Of a stretch of DNA of 29,514 nucleotides, positions 7,446 to 16,023 are shown in pieces; position 1 is the first letter of the stretch; every line of letters starts with the position of its first letter. The position numbers and the translations under genes are program-made. The notes beneath the pieces are model-generated. The model worked only from the letters and a program-made list of their open reading frames with translations. It searched no databases and was not told the origin of the DNA. Source of the DNA: Terriglobia bacterium (GTDB lineage: Bacteria > Acidobacteriota > Terriglobia > Terriglobales > Acidobacteriaceae); NCBI GenBank assembly GCA_041493865.1, contig JBGPZS010000001.1, positions 1-29,514 on the forward strand. Reading direction: 5' to 3'.

Positions 7446-10400
7446 TTACAACGTCGCCCTCTTCACCACCGCGGCCAGTGCGCGATTGCGTTCATATTCG
7501 CTGTTGATGGAATCGGCGGCCTTGATATAGCTCTCACGCAGCGAGCCATCCAGCGTGTACGAGTGGGCCACCGCCTGCAGAACGCGAGACTTTTCGTAAT
7601 CAGACTTGATGCGGCCAACCGCGTCCAACACCTTGCCCAGCGACGCATTGCTCAGTTTGTTGGTGTCCATCAGTGCCAGCAGGCAGCGTGAGCGCTCAAA
7701 GTCACTCGTCATGGAGTCCATCACGGTGAGGTACGTGTTCATCTGGCTCTCATCGAACTTGTTGGCCTTTACCAGCGTGGTCAGCACGCGCGACTTCTCA
7801 TAATCGCTGCTCGCACGGGACATGTTTTGTATGGCCTTGCTCACTGAAGCGCCGCTGAGATTGTTGTTTTGCATCAGCTCCAGCAGGCTGCGTGAACGCT
7901 CATAGTCGGACTTCATCGAGTCGACGACCTTCAGGTAGTTCGTCATCTGGGCTTCATCGAACTTGCCTTGTTTCGCCAGGCCCAGCAGCAGCCGCGACTT
8001 CTCGTAGTCAGAGCTCATGCTTGTCGTGGCGTCCATGATCTGGTTGACCTGGCCGGCGGCCAGCGTATATTTCTGCATCGGCGCCAGCAGGTCGCGCGAT
8101 TTTTCATAATCGGAATGGATCGACGCCACCATCTTCAGGTAGAAATCGAGTTGCGACTGGTCAAACGCCTTCTGGTCCAGCAGTGAGAGCAGGATGCGCG
8201 ACTTCTCGTAGTCGCTCTTAATACTGGCGGCAGAGTTGAGCGCCATGCCAACGTTTTCCTTCGAGATGTTGGGGCGCCGCAGCAATTCAATCAAAACGCG
8301 GGAATGTTCGTAGTCGCTCTTGAGCTTGCCGGCGGCGGTGAGGAATGCCGTCCGCGCGGCTTCGTCGGGCAGGTCATATTGCTTGGCCACCGTCATCAGC
8401 ACCCGCGCCATCTCGTAATCTGAATGGATCTGCTCACCCGCCTGCTTGATGATGCGCTGCACCACAGGCGAGGGAAGATTGGGTTGCTCCAGAAGCTTGC
8501 GGAAATAAATGCCGCGCACGTAGTCGGACTGCAGGTTGCTGATTTCATCCAGCACGGCGGTAGGGCCGCCGCGGGCCAGCAGCGCGGGAACGCGCGCGTC
8601 GGCGGCAAAGCCGGTGCTGCGCTCCAGGGCCAGCAGGAATTGCGCGAACCAGGTCTTCGCTTCGCCTTCAAAGGGCTGTTGCTTGCCGTTGACCTTGTAA
8701 ACATATTGCAGGCCGCTGGCCGTGGGTGTGATTTTGACCTGCTTGAGCGTATCGTCCTGACGCAAATTCACTTCAAAGAAGCCGCCGGAGGAGATGCTCT
8801 GGATTTCCGTTGCTTCGGCGTTGAACTTGACCTCGCCTTCCGCGCGAAGGTCCAGGCTACAGTTGTCGCCTGACCACGTTGCGCTCCAGCGCTTGTAGCC
8901 GTCATGGCTCTCCATGTTCATGTTGTGCAGTTTGGCGCGTGTGCCGCACACGCTAATGTCGCCGCCGGGAGCCGCGGGCACTGCCGGGACCGCCGGAACT
9001 GCCGGCACGCTGGGAACCGCGGGTACAGCAGGTATAGCGGGAACAGCAGGCACTGCGGGCACGCCGCCTTGTACACCTCCCGGCACACCTCCCGATACGC
9101 CTCCCGTCGGTATCACTTCAGGCGGCTCTGGCGCTTCTGGGGGCTCAGGAGCTTCAGGCGCTTCCGCCACCTCAGGTGGTTCATCGCTGGCGTCGGGAGC
9201 AGGAGTGGAGGCCACGACAGGCCGTGCTTCGTCACTTGTAGAGGGCGTGGCTGAATTCTTGGGGCGCGCGGCAGCTCCGGGTGTGGAGGCTGGGCTCGGC
9301 TTCTTCTTGGTTGGCTTGGCGCTGGGCGTGCTGGCCTGCGGCGCGGGACGCAACGCCGAAAGCGGCAGCACAATGCCCAGCGTCAATGCCGCCAAAGCCA
9401 GTGCGGCCCTGCGTGAAACCGAGCCGCGAGGCAACGTTGGATTCAACACCGCCAGTACGCGGCCTTCCAACTGCGAGCGTCGCGCCATGGCCAGCGCGGC
9501 CACCAGTTCTGGTTCGCGCAATCCGGAAACGATGTCGAGCAGTTCATGCGCGTAGTCTGAGGCCTTGGTCCCTGTTGCCAGCACATGGTCATCACAGGCG
9601 CGCTCGCGCTCCGCGCGCATTGCCCGCACCATGAGCCATACCAGCGGATGAAACCAGTACAGTGCCGTCGTCAGATGGGCCAGCGCCTGCGTAAACGCAT
9701 CCAGCCGTTGGATGTGCGCCAGCTCATGATTAAGAATGGCAGAGCGCCGTGTGGAGGACCATTCCGCATAATCGAGCGAGAGAACGACGCGTGGAAACAT
9801 GATGCCGGAAGTGATGGGGACTTCAATCTCGTCGCTCACCAGCAACGCCACATGACGCCGGATTCCCAGATCGCCGGCCAGTGCGCGCACTTGCGCGTTC
9901 CAACCCGAGTCGGTGAGTACGCCGGCACGACGCACAAGAGCTGCCAGACGCATCGCGTTCAACCGCCATCGCGCCAGGAAGAACAAAACTCCCGCGATCC
10001 AAAGCCCAAGCAAAAGCTGAGGCATGTAAGCTGGGAATTTCCTTGTTGCAGAGGCGGAAGTCAACTCAGTTGTCGCAACCGGTGCTGATGGAGCTACTGC
10101 TGGGGAGGCCGGCGTGTTCGGGAGATTAACAATGCTGGTCGAAGCCGCCGTAACACGCTGATCTTTCCGGTCAGATACACCTGTTTCAGCTTTGAATTGC
10201 GCAGTTGCCGGCGCAGCTGATGCAGTCACAGCAGTACGCTTTGTCGCGGTCGATGGCGCTTCGGGTGTTTTTATGAATGAAACCGTTGCAGCGGCCTGCG
10301 GTGCAGCCGCTTGCCGCGACGCCGACGGGCGCGGCTTGGAAAATTCGGGAATCCCCTTCACGCGCCACGCAGGCAGCAGCATTGCGGAAAAGGGAAGCAG

Positions 10401-10556
10401 CAACAACGCGGCCAGGGCAAATGCGCGTACCATGTGCTGTGTGGCGGCCGAGCGTTTCTTCAGCATGAGCGCGACACTCCACGCAAGGGCCAGCAGCACT
10501 GTGGATTTCACCAGTGTATCCAGAACCATTGCGAATGATGGCATACCTGTATGCAT
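7446..10556 (-). CDS. BlaR1/MecR1-like M56 metallopeptidase signal transducer, 1036 aa, with a Pro/Ala linker and C-terminal helical repeats
   Basis: N-terminal TM helices, NHELAHIQRLD (HExxH), WFHPLVW, RERACDDHVL, a further TM helix, a low-complexity linker, then 11 SDYEKSR-type repeats. It lies directly downstream of blaI. Confidence 0.92.
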   Translation of the reverse strand: MHTGMPSFAMVLDTLVKSTVLLALAWSVALMLKKRSAATQHMVRAFALAALLLLPFSAMLLPAWRVKGIPEFSKPRPSASRQAAAPQAAATVSFIKTPEAPSTATKRTAVTASAAPATAQFKAETGVSDRKDQRVTAASTSIVNLPNTPASPAVAPSAPVATTELTSASATRKFPAYMPQLLLGLWIAGVLFFLARWRLNAMRLAALVRRAGVLTDSGWNAQVRALAGDLGIRRHVALLVSDEIEVPITSGIMFPRVVLSLDYAEWSSTRRSAILNHELAHIQRLDAFTQALAHLTTALYWFHPLVWLMVRAMRAERERACDDHVLATGTKASDYAHELLDIVSGLREPELVAALAMARRSQLEGRVLAVLNPTLPRGSVSRRAALALAALTLGIVLPLSALRPAPQASTPSAKPTKKKPSPASTPGAAARPKNSATPSTSDEARPVVASTPAPDASDEPPEVAEAPEAPEPPEAPEPPEVIPTGGVSGGVPGGVQGGVPAVPAVPAIPAVPAVPSVPAVPAVPAVPAAPGGDISVCGTRAKLHNMNMESHDGYKRWSATWSGDNCSLDLRAEGEVKFNAEATEIQSISSGGFFEVNLRQDDTLKQVKITPTASGLQYVYKVNGKQQPFEGEAKTWFAQFLLALERSTGFAADARVPALLARGGPTAVLDEISNLQSDYVRGIYFRKLLEQPNLPSPVVQRIIKQAGEQIHSDYEMARVLMTVAKQYDLPDEAARTAFLTAAGKLKSDYEHSRVLIELLRRPNISKENVGMALNSAASIKSDYEKSRILLSLLDQKAFDQSQLDFYLKMVASIHSDYEKSRDLLAPMQKYTLAAGQVNQIMDATTSMSSDYEKSRLLLGLAKQGKFDEAQMTNYLKVVDSMKSDYERSRSLLELMQNNNLSGASVSKAIQNMSRASSDYEKSRVLTTLVKANKFDESQMNTYLTVMDSMTSDFERSRCLLALMDTNKLSNASLGKVLDAVGRIKSDYEKSRVLQAVAHSYTLDGSLRESYIKAADSINSEYERNRALAAVVKRATL
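7470..8545 (-). repeat. Eleven tandem protein repeats, consensus ~(I/M)xSDYEKSRxLxxL, 34-35 aa period
   Basis: SDY/SDF/SEY codon blocks have their left ends at 8520, 8415, 8310, 8208, 8106, 8004, 7902, 7800, 7698, 7596 and 7494 (spacing 105, 105, then 102 eight times). Confidence 0.9.
8973..9062 (-). repeat. Ten tandem 9-bp units encoding (VPA)n in the linker of the M56 protein
   Basis: VPA-VPA-VPA-IPA-VPA-VPS-VPA-VPA-VPA-VPA. It is preceded in the protein by the PEAPEPPE and GGVSGGVPGGVQGG motifs. Confidence 0.9.
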
Positions 10557-10559
10557 GGC

Positions 10560-10949
10560 TTATCTCCCCTCCTGTTGCGCCTTCTTGATCAATTGCGAAA
10601 GGTACTGCTTGTCTTTGGCGGAGAGCTTGCTGTCCGGCATCTCCAGCAGCGCTGCTACCGCCTGCTCGGGCGATCCGCCGAAAAAGGTCTTTACCATGTG
10701 CTTCAGGGCGGTGGCGCGCACCTGGCGGGTATCGTCGGCCGGCAGGTAGACGTATTTCAGCCCTTCCTGCTCGTGCCGCAGGTATCCTTTATCTTCCAGC
10801 AGCCCCAGCATGCCGCGCACGGCGGAATAGCTGGGCGGGTCAGGCAATTCAGCCAGGACTTCAGTCACGGATGCCCGTCCGCGTTGATAGATCACGTCCA
10901 TGATCTGGCGCTCGCGCCGCCCTAACTGCAGATGCTTTTCGTTGCTCAT
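10560..10949 (-). CDS. blaI: BlaI/MecI/CopY family transcriptional repressor
   Basis: LGRRERQIMDVIYQRGRASVTEV...SYSAVRGMLGLLEDKGYLRH..G.KYVY, then VKTFFGGS. GGAGAG SD upstream. 3 bp from the M56 gene. Confidence 0.93.
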   Translation of the reverse strand: MSNEKHLQLGRRERQIMDVIYQRGRASVTEVLAELPDPPSYSAVRGMLGLLEDKGYLRHEQEGLKYVYLPADDTRQVRATALKHMVKTFFGGSPEQAVAALLEMPDSKLSAKDKQYLSQLIKKAQQEGR

Positions 10950-10992
10950 GGCTCTCCTGGAATCAAGGCCGAGGCCAACCCCGGAACTTTTA

Positions 10993-11037
10993 TGCTAATC
11001 CACTAGCACATGCTAATACATTAGCAGAAGATGTCAA
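10993..11037 (-). promoter_or_regulatory. blaI promoter with two tandem 16-bp palindromic operator candidates
   Basis: TGCTAAT-CC-ACTAGCA (10993-11008) and the perfect TGCTAAT-AC-ATTAGCA (11011-11026). On the minus strand, -35 TTGACA is at 11037-11032 and a -10-like TAGCAT lies 16 nt downstream, overlapping the perfect palindrome. Confidence 0.75.
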
Positions 11038-11166
11038 GGGGACCGGCAGGTATTTTTTTAGACGGCTTAAGTCGGTCCTTGTCACTGATCTTTCGTGAGT
11101 GGGCTATCTGGGTATCGTCAGTGGTGCGTTCGACTTTCATGCTCGTCGTGCCGGTAAAATAGCGTC

Positions 11167-11937
11167 TTGTCTCACCCATCCGAATTCGACTGTCTCTGCG
11201 TCGTCCTGGTGTCCACGCGCAATCCGCTCAATATTGGCGCGGCGGCACGGGCCATGAGCAACCTGGGGTTTCTGCGGTTGCGCGTGGTGAACCCCTATGA
11301 AGCGTCTTTTCGCGAGGCCCGCTCCGCCGTGGGCGCTGCGCCGTTGCTGGCCAACGCCGAGGAGTACAAGAGCGTTGCGGAAGCCGTGGCGGACTGTTCT
11401 TTGGTGGTGGGGACCACGGCCGCGCGGCATCGGGAATTGCAACACCCTCTGAGGTTGTTGCAACAAGGGGCGCCGCTCATAAGCAAGCGACTCAGGTCGG
11501 GAGGCCGCGTTGCGCTTTTGTTCGGCTCGGAAAAACGCGGCCTGGCGAATGACGATCTCAGCCACTGCCACTGGCTCATGCATATCCCGACGCGCGAAGA
11601 ACACATCTCCATAAACCTGGGGCAGGCGGTTGCAATCTGCCTCTATGAGTTGGTGCGTGGCACAGGTGTGGCGCGAAAAGGCGCCCAGAACAAGGTGGCC
11701 CAAAAGACGGAGAAGCTTAAGCCTGCGGCCTCTGGGGAACTGGAACGCATCACCTCAATCCTTCTGGACGCGCTCCGCGTCAGCGGCTATCTGGGGCAGC
11801 GGCCCGTGGCGGCGAAGGAAGAAAAGATACGCCGCATGGTGCGCCGCCTGAATCTTTCCGCCAATGATGCCGAGGTCTGGCTGGGCATGCTGCGCCAGAT
11901 GGTCTGGAAGATGAAGCCGCGGGACAGCGGTCAGTAG
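11167..11937 (+). CDS. trmJ: SPOUT tRNA/rRNA methyltransferase, TrmJ/LasT family
   Basis: VVLVSTRNPLNIGAAARAMSNLG, LLFGSEKRGL, HIPT...SINLGQAVAICLYEL. TTG start. Confidence 0.88.
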   Translation: MSHPSEFDCLCVVLVSTRNPLNIGAAARAMSNLGFLRLRVVNPYEASFREARSAVGAAPLLANAEEYKSVAEAVADCSLVVGTTAARHRELQHPLRLLQQGAPLISKRLRSGGRVALLFGSEKRGLANDDLSHCHWLMHIPTREEHISINLGQAVAICLYELVRGTGVARKGAQNKVAQKTEKLKPAASGELERITSILLDALRVSGYLGQRPVAAKEEKIRRMVRRLNLSANDAEVWLGMLRQMVWKMKPRDSGQ

Positions 11938-12773
11938 GCGATTCCCGCCAGCTTTTCGCTTTCCTGCCACAGCCGCCGCGCCGCGTCATTGTCCTGGGCT
12001 TCTTTTGTAGGCGTTGCCGTCCGGCATTTGTAATAGTAAAGACCGTTGGGGCTGGCGGCCTCATCCGACGACGCAAGATAGATGATGGTCTCCGCGCCTT
12101 TCTCCGGCGAGATAGCAAACGTCTTGGCAGCGCTTACGGCAAAAGAAAGCATCCCGCCGCTCTGATCGCCGAAGCGGGTTGACACAAAACCCGGATGCAG
12201 AGAGTTGGCGGTCACGCCGGTGCCTGCCCATCGCCGCGCCAGTTCACGCGTAAAGAGAATGTTGCAAAGTTTGGATCGGCCATAGGCGTTAAGCCCGCGA
12301 TAATTACCGGCCGATTGCAGGTCGTTGAAATCCAGCTTTTTGCCTTTGTGCGCATCAGATGCAACATTGACCACACGCGCCGGCGCCGAGGCACGCAGCC
12401 GTTCACGCAGTCCGTGAGTCAGAACAAAGTAGGACATGTGATTGGTGGCAAAGGTAAGTTCCAGGCCGTCTGCGGTGACCTGACGCGCGCCAAAAAGTGC
12501 TCCGGCGTTGTTGATCAGCACGTCAATGCGCGGTTCCTCTGCGGCAATTTCAGCCGCAACGCGCTTTACCTCGGCCAGGCGCGAGAGATCAGCATAGTGA
12601 ATTCCATGGCTGACGCCCGGCGAGATTGGGCGCAGGCGGGCCAGTTCTGCCTCGCCGCGTGCTTTGTCGCGCGCCACCAGAACCAGGCGAGCTTCCATGG
12701 CTGCCAGTTTTTCCGCCGCAACCTGCCCTATCCCCGACGTGGCGCCGGTAATCACTATAGTTTTTCCGCGCAT
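11931..12773 (-). CDS. Short-chain dehydrogenase/reductase (retinol dehydrogenase-like)
   Basis: ITGATSGIG, IDVLINNAG, YGRSK (YxxxK), HPGFV.T. Confidence 0.93.
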   Translation of the reverse strand: MRGKTIVITGATSGIGQVAAEKLAAMEARLVLVARDKARGEAELARLRPISPGVSHGIHYADLSRLAEVKRVAAEIAAEEPRIDVLINNAGALFGARQVTADGLELTFATNHMSYFVLTHGLRERLRASAPARVVNVASDAHKGKKLDFNDLQSAGNYRGLNAYGRSKLCNILFTRELARRWAGTGVTANSLHPGFVSTRFGDQSGGMLSFAVSAAKTFAISPEKGAETIIYLASSDEAASPNGLYYYKCRTATPTKEAQDNDAARRLWQESEKLAGIAY

Positions 12774-12873
12774 GGTTCGCTGCTCCGGTGATTAACAGTA
12801 CGTAAGCTAGAAGCCAGTTTAACAAGCTCGAAGCGGCAGAAACGGCTGTTCATCAGCCCCGGGTTCGGATATT

Positions 12874-13293
12874 ATGGTTTTCGACGTTGAAAGACTCATG
12901 AAACTCCCTTCGACTACGTCCGGGTTGCTCGCCTTGCAGGAAGCAACCAACACAGAGCTACGCGTCCGCCTGGGAGAGATTTTCAAACGCTACCGCGGCC
13001 TGGCTTTCATTGGCCGCAGTGACAACCTGTTTACCGAGCACTGGACCCCCGAAGTGGCAGCTGCCGGTTACGATTTCGAGGGCTTCGAACTCAACGGTGC
13101 AAATATTGTGTTGCACGGCGCTGAGAACGCCTGCGGCTTCATTTACCGTATCAGCATTACCTTTCCGCTGGACCTTATCGACGAGGCTGCCGCAATCGAA
13201 GCTTACTTTCAACGCCAGTACGCTGAGCGCAAAGCTGAGTCCGAGCTTGCCGCCACAACGCTAAACGGTCCGGACAATCCTTCCGCGGCTTGA
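12874..13293 (+). CDS. Hypothetical protein, 139 aa (alternative start at 12898)
   Basis: It fills the gap between the SDR (divergent) and the PuuD-like gene (convergent). The composition is plausible but I recognise no family. Confidence 0.55.
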   Translation: MVFDVERLMKLPSTTSGLLALQEATNTELRVRLGEIFKRYRGLAFIGRSDNLFTEHWTPEVAAAGYDFEGFELNGANIVLHGAENACGFIYRISITFPLDLIDEAAAIEAYFQRQYAERKAESELAATTLNGPDNPSAA

Positions 13294-13349
13294 ACTCCTG
13301 CCGGCAAGTAAATATTTCTCTTTCTTTAAACCCGCCGCGCCGCAGTTTC

Positions 13350-14108
13350 CTAAGACCTGAATACTGGGTAATGACTGGCTACGGCCATCAGCAGCAGCAT
13401 TGGGAATGACAAAACGAAGTTCGTCCATGCGGCCAGGTGGGCCAGGCGTGCAAGTTTTTGGGCCTCCGGGGGCATCGGCGTTCCGTTGGCGGCGCTCTCT
13501 TCGGTCCAGCGAATGATCTTTTTCTGCATGCGCCAGACAATGCCCCAGACGTTCAGGAGCATGAACCAGCCCAGTCCACCGCCAATGCCAATCGCCAGCA
13601 GACGATTGCTCTCCCAACCGTGAGCATTGAGCGCCAGGTAGAGCCACGCGGACGCGATGATCACCACGCCAATCATGGTACCGAATACAGGGCCTTTCTT
13701 CAGGGCTTCCGCCGGAGACATGAGCAGCCCCATTTCAATGACAAAGGCGACGGTCCAAATGCCGAAGAAGGTCCCGATGGCGCCGCCGCCGCTGGCCTGG
13801 GCATTGCGCGCGTCCGCGCCCACAATCATCATCCAATACCAGATCCCGGCCAGCACCGTTACCACGGAACTCCAGCGGAACCACCACAATGCCCGTGGCA
13901 TCAGAAGCGGCACAACTTTCATACGCGTGGGAGCGTCCAGTGCGGGCAGGAACCTGGCGTTCACCAGAACAAAAAAGTACAGCAGCCCAACCCAGGTGAT
14001 GCCCGCGGCAAAATGGACCCAGCGCAGCAGGAGCTGAAGATGTGGCGTGGAGCCTTCAGGAAGAACAATGTGCGGCGAATGCACCAACACGAGCGCAAAC
14101 CAATGCAT
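13350..14108 (-). CDS. Urate_ox_N/PuuD-like (DUF989) multi-pass membrane protein lacking the cytochrome c domain
   Basis: LRWVHFAAGITWVG..YF, LWWFRWSSVVTVLAG, G.FMLLNVWGIVW..QKKI. GGAGG SD. No CxxCH motif. Confidence 0.7.
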   Translation of the reverse strand: MHWFALVLVHSPHIVLPEGSTPHLQLLLRWVHFAAGITWVGLLYFFVLVNARFLPALDAPTRMKVVPLLMPRALWWFRWSSVVTVLAGIWYWMMIVGADARNAQASGGGAIGTFFGIWTVAFVIEMGLLMSPAEALKKGPVFGTMIGVVIIASAWLYLALNAHGWESNRLLAIGIGGGLGWFMLLNVWGIVWRMQKKIIRWTEESAANGTPMPPEAQKLARLAHLAAWTNFVLSFPMLLLMAVASHYPVFRS

Positions 14109-14251
14109 GCGGCCTCCGTACTTTTAGAGAGTCGACCATCATGGTAGCTCATCCGAGGAGCCGTTTGCCGCGATATGGCCCCGATCCTTTCTGATGGCCG
14201 CGTATGATCACGGTCGTTGACGGCGTTGCTTAGCTATCGCAGGGATTAGGG

Positions 14252-14289
14252 TTGACATCAACAATATATTTCTATTATTATAGAAATAT
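14252..14289 (+). promoter_or_regulatory. ars promoter and probable ArsR operator
   Basis: TTGACA 14252-14257, 18-nt spacer, TATTAT 14276-14281. A perfect 9-6-9 palindrome ATATTTCTA-TTATTA-TAGAAATAT (14266-14289) covers the -10 and the start codon. Confidence 0.8.
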
Positions 14290-14641
14290 GGAAATTAAGG
14301 CGAGATCAGGTAACGAACAGAAGGTCTTGCGCTACGCGGACATGTTCTCCGCCATGGGCGCGGAGCCCCGTTTGCGTATTCTGCGGCTGTTGCTCTCTGC
14401 CCATCCCGATGGGATGGTTGTCAGCGAGATTGGGGAAGAACTGGAGATCGCGAACTCCACCCTCTCACACCATCTAGATAAGCTGAAGACCGAGGAACTG
14501 GTGGAGGTGCAGAGGGAAGGCACGTTTCTGCGCTACTCGGCGAACACCAAGGCGCTGGCCGAACTGCTGGGCTTCCTGTACGCCGAATGCTGCACCCGCA
14601 ACAAAGCAGTAGAGCCACAGAGCATTGTTTGCTGTAAATGA
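14288..14641 (+). CDS. arsR: ArsR/SmtB family repressor with C-terminal vicinal cysteines
   Basis: FSAMGAEPRLRILRLL, SEIGEEL.IANSTLSHHLDKL, FLYAECC...VCCK. Start placed at ATG 14288. Confidence 0.9.
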   Translation: MEIKARSGNEQKVLRYADMFSAMGAEPRLRILRLLLSAHPDGMVVSEIGEELEIANSTLSHHLDKLKTEELVEVQREGTFLRYSANTKALAELLGFLYAECCTRNKAVEPQSIVCCK

Positions 14642-14684
14642 AGCCGGCTGCGAATGGACGCATGTCGAGCTGGAGGAGAAGCCA

Positions 14685-15554
14685 ATGAACGCACAAGACA
14701 TCAAAGAAGTTGTGAAAGAGCGTTACGGCGCGGCGGCGCGTCGCGTGACGGCCGGCGAGGGAAGTTCCTGCTGCGGCGCCTCCGCTTCCTGCGGCACGGA
14801 CATCGATCCTATTACCCGAGACCTCTACGATGCTTCGCAAACCAGTATTTTGCCGGAGGAGGCGGTGAAAGCGTCGCTTGGCTGCGGCAATCCCACGGCG
14901 CTGGCCGAGCTGAAACCGGGCGAAGCCGTACTAGACCTGGGCTCTGGCGGCGGGATTGATGTGCTGCTCTCAGCAAGGCGCGTGGGGCCTGCCGGGAAAG
15001 CCTATGGTCTGGACATGACCGATGACATGCTGGCCCTGGCGCGCGAGAACCAGAAGAAATCAGGCATTACAAACGTTGAGTTCCTCCGTGGCGAGATTGA
15101 GAACATACCGCTGCCGGCAAATTCCGTGGATGTGATCATCTCCAACTGCGTGATCAATCTTTCTGCCGATAAAGACCGCGTGCTGCGCGAGGTCTTCCGC
15201 GTGCTCAAACCAGGTGGCCGCCTTGCCGTGTCTGACGTGGTGGTACGGGGCGAAGTGCCGGAGCAGATCCAGAAGAGCCTGTTGTTGTGGGTCGGCTGCA
15301 TTGCGGGGGCGTTGCGCGACCAGGACTATCTCAACAAATTGAGCGCCGCGGGATTTGAATCGGCCAGCATCGAACCCACACGTATTTACCAGATTGAAGA
15401 CGCGCGAGCTTTCCTGACCGGCCAGGGTATGGACGTGGACGCCATAGCCCCGCTTGTGGAAGGTAAATTCATGAGCGCTTTTGTGCGTGCCAATAAACCC
15501 GCCACGGCCGCGAACCAGAGCGCTGTTTTGAACGTGATGAAGTGCTGTGGGTAG
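14685..15554 (+). CDS. arsM: Arsenite S-adenosylmethionine methyltransferase
   Basis: GGAGGAG SD then [64 protein letters not shown]. Confidence 0.93.
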   Translation: MNAQDIKEVVKERYGAAARRVTAGEGSSCCGASASCGTDIDPITRDLYDASQTSILPEEAVKASLGCGNPTALAELKPGEAVLDLGSGGGIDVLLSARRVGPAGKAYGLDMTDDMLALARENQKKSGITNVEFLRGEIENIPLPANSVDVIISNCVINLSADKDRVLREVFRVLKPGGRLAVSDVVVRGEVPEQIQKSLLLWVGCIAGALRDQDYLNKLSAAGFESASIEPTRIYQIEDARAFLTGQGMDVDAIAPLVEGKFMSAFVRANKPATAANQSAVLNVMKCCG

Positions 15555-15589
15555 GAATCCGGCAGACCGCCCGAGCGTAACTTTCAGCC

Positions 15590-15653
15590 AAGCCCTGTGA
15601 CAAAACGGGTGGGCATGTGTCGCAGCCAGATGTGCCACTTTGTCACAGGGCTT
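15590..15653. repeat. Perfect 15-bp inverted repeat (REP-like or bidirectional hairpin)
   Basis: AAGCCCTGTGACAAA (15590-15604) and TTTGTCACAGGGCTT (15639-15653). Confidence 0.8.
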
Positions 15654-15844
15654 CACCGCAGCTGCCGCTGTCCCTTTTATTTGCATAGACTTGCAAGCCA
15701 TGCTGCTTTGGTCTGGAGCTTGCAATAAGAACCAGCAGACGGAGCTAAAAATGGCGAGGCGCACCGTATTTGGGGTCGGTGGTGAGGGGTAGCGCTAACG
15801 CTGGTAGCAATGAGCTTTGCTTTAAGAGGAGAAGTCTTGTGGCT

Positions 15845-15926
15845 GAGATAAAAGGACATCGGTTGTGGCGCGTTCCGGGAAAGGTGCCTCCAAGCCTTAT
15901 CTTGCGTCCTGATGTCCTTTTATCTC
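15845..15926. repeat. Perfect 16-bp inverted repeat with a 50-nt interior
   Basis: GAGATAAAAGGACATC (15845-15860) and GATGTCCTTTTATCTC (15911-15926). Confidence 0.8.
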
Positions 15927-16023
15927 TTTTTTCTTCACTCCTGTACGGTCCTATTCCCAAGGCGCTTATCTGGGCTTGCCGCCTGTAAGCGTTGCTCAGA
16001 AACAATCCCACTGAAAAATCTGA

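Noticed and set aside
8914-9555. Plus-strand ORF with GTAGTAGTA repeats
   Set aside because: It is the antisense shadow of the (VPA)n linker of the M56 gene.
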